A stretch of 64,000 nucleotides of DNA from Ruditapes philippinarum (taxonomy: Eukaryota). The DNA lies in contig NW_026862113.1 of NCBI RefSeq assembly GCF_026571515.1, positions 62,001 to 126,000 on the forward strand, in the 5' to 3' direction. Made by a program: the position numbers and the translations under genes. Shown in pieces: positions 61,801 through 64,000 of this stretch (the first letter of the stretch is position 1; every line of letters begins with the position of its first letter). The notes under the pieces were generated by a model. The model was not told where the DNA came from. It did not search any database and worked only from the letters and a program-made list of their open reading frames with translations.

Positions 61801-62930
61801 CAACTTTGCTAGGGAAATGGCAAAATATAACCACAATTATCAAGACACCTGGTCCTGGTGATGCTAAATTATTGCCTGTATTCATTTGTGATAGGATTCT
61901 TATTTATAATAATCTAAAATCAATTAACGACTTTGTTGATCTCTTTATTTTAAATATTCATAAAATTTCACCCGTTAATCTGCCATTACACGATTCTGAC
62001 ACATCTTTAAGATTGATGATTTATCTTATAATAGGAGTAAATTTCAATGACGGTGCTGGCTTTGTTATAAAAGATTTTGTTCATGGAAAATTTGGATATA
62101 TTGGCCTGACTGGCAATGTAGAATGGGTAAATAGTGATCCACCTATAACGCATTACAGTGTACCTATTCAAAATGGTGTTGATCTTATACCGGAATCTTT
62201 GTCAAATGCTAACGCAACCAGTTTTTGTTCATCTTTAAAGGAAAATCTTGAAAAGAAATGTCCCAGTATGTCAAACCTTTTGAATTTCTTTTCTGTATCT
62301 TGTATAAACGACATTCTTCAAACGGGCGACAATAATAATGCCATTGATACCGTAGTAGCTACCTTAGATGAATGTGTTCGTCAAGACCAATACACGGAGC
62401 AACCAACCGACGATTTGTGCAAATCCTTTGGCAATAGAAAATTTCCAGTTTTTGGAGGAGAAGATTGTAAGCAGAAATGTTCGTATGGAAATTTCAAAGC
62501 AGGAGTATGTGTATGTGACAGTGGGTATTATGGTGAAGAGTGTCAGTTAGAATGTCCAGGTGGTCATCATTCGCCATGTGCTGGTCATGGTAATTGTGAT
62601 ATTGTGACAGGAAAATGTAATTGCGATGTTGAATGGAGCGGAAATGACGTTTGTAGTATTTGTAATAAGGATTGGAGTGGAAGTAACTGTGACCTATTCA
62701 ACGCAGACCCAAATATTGGTGACATTGATATTGGAGATGACGAAGATCACATTGATGACTCTATTGATGTAAACAGTACAATACCATCTATTATAGATGA
62801 TGGTAAAGGAATGACGTGCAAGGTTAAAGGTAAAAAAGGGAAGGTTACAATGTTCAACTCCAAGGGGAAGAAGTTGAGCAAAACATTCGACAAAGCTCTG
62901 TTGCTTGAGGTGAAGAATCTACGTATTTTG
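1..62930 (+). CDS. Giant multi-exon gene, 5' and 3' partial (46 exons, about 8,470 aa in window): Gly-rich/beta repeats + tenascin-type EGF array + VWD/LamG/C8-like/EGF modules; predicted extracellular protein
   Basis: All long ORFs are on the + strand and join through GT-AG introns with matching phases. Repeat motifs continue across junctions. Frame 1 is open from base 1, and the last exon ends at a gtgagt donor (62931). Confidence 0.9.
1638..1780 (+). CDS. Exon 2
   Basis: taag| GLYSSDLSVITGGGNYYGSLYLPKHRGSKGGSG...GGGVIKLK |gtacat; phase 1 to 0. Confidence 0.8.
1805..2143 (-). mobile_element. Non-autonomous DNA transposon (Kolobok-like, TTAA-flanked, AG...CT ends)
   Basis: ttaa-aggtgaatgcctccggat ... 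atcctgagacatgctgct-ttaa imperfect TIR. Its right end is the reverse complement of the left end of the element at 32759. Confidence 0.55.
2364..2467 (+). CDS. Exon 3
   Basis: ttag| VATDLLVDGTISVDGSHG...GGGSGGTIFI(E) |gtatgt; phase 0 to 2. Confidence 0.85.
3025..3222 (+). CDS. Exon 4
   Basis: acag| SINLEGHG...GAGGRIAVY...GGPGSVYIQDT(R) |gtttga; phase 2 to 2. Confidence 0.85.
4382..4610 (+). CDS. Exon 5
   Basis: ttag| YSRKYEQLHIDN...YYFDE...IFGDASGRVYLR |gtaagt. Confidence 0.85.
5130..5477 (+). CDS. Exon 6
   Basis: acag| ANQTAFLEEY...PINLWIDQGA...LLTVGIL |gtaatt. Confidence 0.85.
5651..5804. repeat. 77-bp tandem duplication (2 copies)
   Basis: catatttatttagatatgtaacatgc.atttcaaaacttc...aaaagatttaaaa starts at 5651 and again at 5728. 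Confidence 0.85.
5902..6073 (+). CDS. Exon 7
   Basis: acag| DIKYDSRFKADS...GAGAGHATVGG |gtgagt. Confidence 0.85.
6323..7490. mobile_element. MITE with perfect 13-bp TIR and 6-bp TSD (hAT-like CAGG ends)
   Basis: caggctgtccagc ... gctggacagcctg, flanked by caattt on both sides; cctaa-motif arrays near both ends. Confidence 0.8.
7736..7956 (+). CDS. Exon 8 (apparent 1-bp deletion and stop near 3' end)
   Basis: ttag| GGDPTVGGVAYGSIYKPSQTGSVGG...GGGSG. The consensus continuation GSIFIE lies in a shifted frame, so the 3' boundary is uncertain. Confidence 0.7.
8137..8359 (+). CDS. Exon 9
   Basis: ccag| GMSGHGKV...GAGGRIAIH...GGPGTVFVED...YQS(R) |gtttga. Confidence 0.85.
8397..8602. mobile_element. 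TTAA-flanked MITE (piggyBac-like CCC...GGG ends) with internal long hairpin
   Basis: ttaa-cccttaaagtgctg ... cagcatgttcaggg-ttaa; internal palindrome cagtatagagcc..cagcctgcacg-tc-cgtgcagtctg..ggctctatactg. Confidence 0.7.
9156..9303 (+). CDS. Exon 10
   Basis: atag| LYIDGRNLKVPKP...LDFEHVMLSQR |gtaagt. Confidence 0.8.
9992..10228 (+). CDS. Exon 11
   Basis: tcag| AMLEIGPG...MGDRTGYLH...PPVNFQIDQGS...PAFQ |gtatgt. Confidence 0.85.
10409..11518 (+). mobile_element. HINE (Helentron-associated, DINE-1/pearl-like) with about 150-bp internal tandem repeats
   Basis: 5' tttt-tgtgtcgcct subterminal IR with hairpin; (gtcggc)n microsatellite; about 6 core repeats; 3' aggcgacaca IR, short hairpin and ctagt end. 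Confidence 0.8.
11600..11720 (+). CDS. Exon 12
   Basis: ctag| LDGLLIGVLNLTLEE...ETFEN(G) |gtatgt. Confidence 0.8.
12273..12452 (+). CDS. Exon 13
   Basis: ccag| VLGIGRLAM...HMRYNSKI...ATFDTT(G) |gtatat. Confidence 0.8.
13121..13273 (+). CDS. Exon 14
   Basis: gtag| RGGEG...GLGAGHGGYGGGADHDNYNS(G) |gtatgt. Confidence 0.85.
13779..17959 (+). CDS. Exon 15 (4.2 kb; three full Gly-rich/beta units plus the start of a fourth)
   Basis: 1415-aa ORF 13736-17983; acag| KPYGSYSKP ... GSGGRAAIHCE |gtaaga. Confidence 0.93.
18495..18679 (+). CDS. Exon 16
   Basis: tcag| WRYWYGGSFLNEGG...AGAAGTTY...EVDH(R) |gtttgt. Confidence 0.87.
19185..21146 (+). CDS. Exon 17 (apparent +1 T frameshift at about 20015-20017)
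   Basis: Overlapping ORFs 19195-20043 and 19793-21217 join as ...GGGFVEL/TIGKSFHIDG if one T is removed. Donor G|gtaatg at 21147. Confidence 0.85.
21604..21740 (+). CDS. Exon 18
   Basis: ccag| GSSQHGAVGGSYYG...GSGGGG...SYIEINAGT |gtaagt. Confidence 0.85.
22106..22286 (+). CDS. Exon 19
   Basis: taag| RLTLYGTISVNG...GGGGSGGTIKV...NVIV(G) |gtgagt. Confidence 0.8.
22782..23748 (+). mobile_element. HINE with dimeric (155+178 bp) core repeat
   Basis: tgtgtcgcct ... aggcgacaca IR; (gtcc/gtct)n microsatellite; ttgtcc(g/a)gactac unit starts at 22898, 23053, 23231, 23387 and 23566; cttgtt end. Confidence 0.82.
23837..24433. mobile_element. TA-flanked MITE (Tc1/mariner-type)
   Basis: ta-ctggttgggacca ... 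tggtccccaaccag-ta terminal inverted repeats. Confidence 0.65.
24604..24760. repeat. Small foldback element with about 30-bp inverted arms
   Basis: gtttttcccagctaatctgtaggtacaaac ... gtttgtacctatggattagctgggaaaaaac. Confidence 0.7.
24841..25118 (+). CDS. Exon 20
   Basis: acag| NGGGSGGRICAY...GSPGTVWI...LWVDN...YPTK |gtaatt. Confidence 0.85.
25335..25500 (+). mobile_element. SINE 3' fragment with (aaac)n tail
   Basis: gaaat...ggcacctgaggtcttcctccac...gtgttggtgtgac, shared with the copies at about 45000 and 63700; ends in aaaacaaaacaaacaaacaaa. Confidence 0.6.
25551..27123 (+). CDS. Exon 21: last Gly-rich unit and start of the EGF array
   Basis: atag| DTIVEHIGGDGTG..., in frame with ORF 25638-27152. 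Switches to CSGHG..C.C..GY.G..C repeats at about 26595. Donor G|gtagga. Confidence 0.9.
27253..28423. mobile_element. TA-flanked MITE (Tc1/mariner-pogo type, CAGT ends)
   Basis: ta-cagtagaacttctatgagtcgaa ... ttcgacttaccgaagttccactg-ta, about 23-bp imperfect TIR; many subterminal gtcgaa motifs. Confidence 0.8.
28516..28827 (+). CDS. Exon 22 (EGF repeats)
   Basis: acag| ADCGDPDCPGEPNC...YCEIP(G) |gtacat. Confidence 0.87.
29281..29724 (+). CDS. Exon 23 (EGF repeats)
   Basis: taag| CPRHPVTNVEC...QDCSGR(G) |gttagt. Confidence 0.87.
30302..30443 (+). CDS. Exon 24 (EGF repeats)
   Basis: acag| GCDSASATCTC...DPPQC(F) |gtaaat. Confidence 0.85.
30893..31599 (+). CDS. Exon 25 (EGF repeats)
   Basis: gtag| CSDGWFGEAC...CACQP(G) |gtaaca. 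Confidence 0.88.
31951..32072 (+). CDS. Exon 26 (EGF repeat)
   Basis: ttag| WTGDGCEIPDC...CVCNTEN |gtaagc. Confidence 0.85.
32430..32607 (+). CDS. Exon 27 (EGF repeats)
   Basis: acag| GWFGPDCNKKC...CICFDQP |gttagt. Confidence 0.85.
32759..33009 (+). mobile_element. Kolobok-like non-autonomous element, same family as 1805-2143
   Basis: ttaa-agcagcatgcctccagattcatgc ... gaggtatgcagct-tgaa. Confidence 0.5.
33170..33328 (+). CDS. Exon 28 (EGF repeats)
   Basis: acag| KAYRGVLCEDDGCPG...CPEDCN |gtatgt. Confidence 0.85.
34070..34998. mobile_element. Probable degenerate non-autonomous DNA element
   Basis: Short IR ttattacccc (about 34195) / ggggtaataa (about 34990); recurring gtaacagta/tactgttac motifs at both ends; family not assignable. 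Confidence 0.35.
35185..35334 (+). CDS. Exon 29 (EGF repeats)
   Basis: tcag| RGTCVFDK...CHRTCDT(G) |gtatgt. Confidence 0.85.
35621..37994 (+). mobile_element. HINE with 171-bp satellite core (about 7 near-identical copies plus degenerate copies)
   Basis: atacccccacca ... tggtgggggtat IR; gtcc microsatellite; units at 35715, 35886, 36057, 36227, 36398, 36569, 36740 and 36910; 3' atcgc-attta-gcgat hairpin and ctagt end. Confidence 0.85.
38545..38631 (+). CDS. Exon 30 (EGF repeat)
   Basis: gcag| ISCHMTCNNHGVC...LGYK(G) |gtattg. Confidence 0.85.
38962..39199 (+). CDS. Exon 31 (EGF repeats)
   Basis: acag| EQCDEIGCPG...GDKCQY(R) |gtatgt. Confidence 0.85.
39211..40077 (+). mobile_element. HINE with 167-bp core (about 4 copies)
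   Basis: atgcccccaca ... tgtgggggcat IR; (gtcc)n; units at 39324, 39492, 39659 and 39826; gtgtcc-tat-ggacac hairpin and ctagt end. Confidence 0.85.
40792..40904 (+). CDS. Exon 32 (EGF repeat; weak aaaaag acceptor)
   Basis: aaag| CYNGTENPGDFRCIC...HGTCTSE(G) |gtattg; phases match both neighbours. Confidence 0.8.
41296..41811 (+). CDS. Exon 33 (EGF repeats)
   Basis: tcag| TCDCGFEGYRGDFC...SNFDI(G) |gtaggt. Confidence 0.87.
42227..42415 (+). CDS. Exon 34 (EGF repeats)
   Basis: ttag| TCTCETYWIGEGC...QEPMDS(G) |gtaggt. Confidence 0.85.
42641..43399 (+). mobile_element. Old degenerate HINE-like element
   Basis: tttagcttgcctg start; about 4 diverged repeats (ggtatcaa.atgaaa.ttg...gagttatgtccc); ctcttgt end. 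Confidence 0.5.
43542..44057 (+). CDS. Exon 35 (EGF repeats)
   Basis: aaag| NCVCESKC...CNSGYW(G) |gtacat. Confidence 0.87.
44478..44639 (+). CDS. Exon 36 (EGF repeats)
   Basis: atag| KSCETQGCPG...PDCSSK(G) |gtatat. Confidence 0.85.
44970..45235 (+). mobile_element. Degenerate tRNA-derived SINE copy
   Basis: catgtaaggaagctgtccagc...gcctgaaataatgcac...ttcctccacca...gtgttgggtgtgac, similar to the 63680-63920 copy. Confidence 0.55.
45416..45624 (+). CDS. Exon 37 (EGF repeats)
   Basis: acag| DCDGNNYWPPRC...NGNGTK |gtaagt. Confidence 0.85.
46284..46341 (+). CDS. Exon 38 (58 bp)
   Basis: tcag| SCNCSEGYKGDFCEQLDCP(G) |gtacat. Confidence 0.85.
46521..48341 (+). mobile_element. HINE (pearl/CvA-like ends) with about 146-bp core (about 12 copies)
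   Basis: ttttagctcacctga ... tcaggtgagc IR; gtcc/gtc microsatellite; aacactctag units from 46620 to about 48215; agggccat-c-atggccct hairpin and cttgtt end. Confidence 0.87.
48347..49923 (+). mobile_element. HINE with 145/137-bp core (9 copies), AGGTCA-rich
   Basis: atacccccgca ... tgcgggggtat IR; units at 48428, 48565, 48710, 48855, 49000, 49137, 49282, 49427 and 49572; hairpin and ctagt end. Confidence 0.87.
50523..50669 (+). CDS. Exon 39 (EGF repeats)
   Basis: taag| EPDCSKYGTC...NFCNGN(G) |gtaagc. Confidence 0.85.
51619..51807 (+). CDS. Exon 40 (EGF / laminin-EGF-like)
   Basis: ttag| ECLLLPEETAPKCVC...GFATEK(G) |gtctgt. Confidence 0.8.
52468..52587 (+). CDS. Exon 41 (Cys-rich)
   Basis: acag| GRVCECHDDDIKGHW...CTQCAS |gtaagt. 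Confidence 0.83.
53067..53139. repeat. 24-bp tandem repeat x3 just upstream of the exon 42 acceptor
   Basis: aaactaaattttaatgctatttaa at 53067, 53091 and 53115. Confidence 0.85.
53151..53445 (+). CDS. Exon 42 (end of EGF array; non-EGF 'CV..AWFGYEN' domain)
   Basis: ttag| FDGPYCDIEC...VVPVFRCVENIGSDNYKAWFGYENLN...LPTKFISG...MVI(G) |gtaagt. Confidence 0.85.
53957..54077 (+). CDS. Exon 43
   Basis: acag| PANLTVIKEYSWRI...CQESPEL |gtgaga. Confidence 0.8.
54444..54675 (+). CDS. Exon 44 (EGF-like block before VWD 1)
   Basis: ccag| DGLPRIVGHCKCKHGYYGESC...CPGGGSNPCFGNG...GWFGSDC |gtaatg. Confidence 0.87.
54918..55072 (+). CDS. Exon 45 (N-terminus of VWD domain 1)
   Basis: tcag| ...IYGFGSCQTFDGTKYDCNAFGQYLV...FALR |gtaaac; TFDG is the VWD signature. 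Confidence 0.85.
55356..62930 (+). CDS. Exon 46 (7,575 bp): four VWD-LamG/pentraxin-C8-like-EGF modules plus the start of a fifth VWD
   Basis: 2551-aa ORF 55326-62981; acceptor ttcag| at 55355, donor |gtgagt at 62931. Motifs seen: (T/M)FDG, GLLG(S/N)C..DF, W(Y)H/Q....W, F.G.ID, W.FNEG.G, and C..GY.G..C...C.GHG.CD..TG.C.C. Confidence 0.93.
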
Positions 62931-63679
62931 GTGAGTTCTAATAATAATTTTTTGCAATCTAGAAAAAAACATGTGCTATAAAAGTGTTTAATAGTAAAAG
63001 ATGCATAATATTTGGTTTAATGTTGGGAAAAGAGAAACATTTTTTATTGACAAATTTAACAAAGTTATTATGTATGTACCTTCTATAGAACACTTTCTGT
63101 TTATTAAATGTTGAAGATAAAGTCTGTGTAAATATTGCAACAAAATGAACAAAAGGTAAGACATATCCCCTTTGATAACGGAGCAACAAGACAATTTTAA
63201 GATTGTTATTTCATCGGGCCAGGCAGTTTCTCTGTGATAATTGATCTCGAACTTACGAGTCTAATGTCATTTATCTGACACCAATCAGAAATCATGTGGG
63301 ATTAGTTCATTTTGCTCATTTTTGGATAGTTGTCCATGAAAGCAAGTAAGGTTGTCCGATTGCTAATTTACGACCAAAAATGCATTTAGAATAGCGTAAT
63401 TCTGACAAAACAAACCCATGAGTCCTATAAATGTCATCTTGGGAACATTCTGTATTTACCCATGATGGTAATAATACTTATAATTTAAATATCAATATTC
63501 TATTAAAATATTTTCTTTAAATACAAGAAGCAATCAGGTGATTCGTAACATAAGGCTGGTGTTATTATTACTTCACTTCAACCTTTGCAGAGATCTTTTA
63601 TGTTAAAAAAAAACAAATAAAAACTTTGAATATCAAAAACATTAATGATAAAAATAAAGTGGAACCTTTACAGATTGTG

Positions 63680-63920
63680 TGTCCATGGGCGAATGCTCTA
63701 GGTCATTGATTTTATTTGCCCCTCACCCCTTTGGATTGAAATCCCGACAGGGACTTTGGCTTTTGTCATGTGAGAAGCTATCCAGCTGGTTTCCGACCGT
63801 CTGTGTTTTTTCTCAGGTGTCCGTTCATGCCTGAAATAATACACGAAAGGGCACCTGAGATCATCCTCCACCAGTAAAGCTGGAAAGGCGTTATATGACA
63901 CACCGTGTGTTGGTGACAAA
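63680..63920 (+). mobile_element. tRNA-derived SINE copy (near full length, degenerate A/B boxes)
   Basis: A-box-like tgggcgaatgctctagg and B-box-like ggattgaaatccc, followed by the core catgtgagaagctatccagctgg...gcctgaaataatacacg...ggcacctgag..cctccacca shared with the other two copies. Confidence 0.6.
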
Positions 63921-64000
63921 ATTCAACAAATATGTTTTAATTAAATGCTTATTTTTCTGCGGTAATATTTGAATGTGCAACAATGTTATATAAAGCATTT

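Noticed and set aside
63680-63760. Possible tRNA gene
   Set aside because: The A/B boxes are degenerate, there is no convincing cloverleaf, and it continues into a core shared with other SINE copies.

Overview
AT-rich eukaryotic genomic DNA, most likely from a bivalve mollusc (inferred from the intronic repeat families). The whole window lies inside one giant, spliced, plus-strand gene that is open at both ends. I traced 46 GT-AG exons by hand, totalling about 25.4 kb of CDS (about 8,470 aa), with compatible phases at every junction except around two apparent 1-bp homopolymer lesions (about 7933 and about 20015) plus a TAA at 7953. The predicted extracellular protein has four parts. (i) About 10 tandem units of about 400 aa, each combining glycine-rich (GGGSGGS..GGRIA) segments with beta-rich segments. 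(ii) About 1,750 aa of tenascin-type EGF repeats, arranged as about 11 super-repeats. (iii) A short non-EGF domain resembling a module I recall from bacterial surface proteins. (iv) Four tandem VWD-LamG/pentraxin-C8-like-EGF modules, almost all encoded by one 7.6-kb exon. The introns carry six intact Helentron-associated (HINE/DINE-1/pearl-like) elements with internal satellite arrays, one of them dense in AGGTCA nuclear-receptor half-sites. They also carry several MITEs (TA, TTAA and 6-bp target duplications) and tRNA-SINE fragments. No start codon, signal peptide, transmembrane helix or terminal stop is visible in the window. Domain names come from motif recognition by eye, not from database searches.
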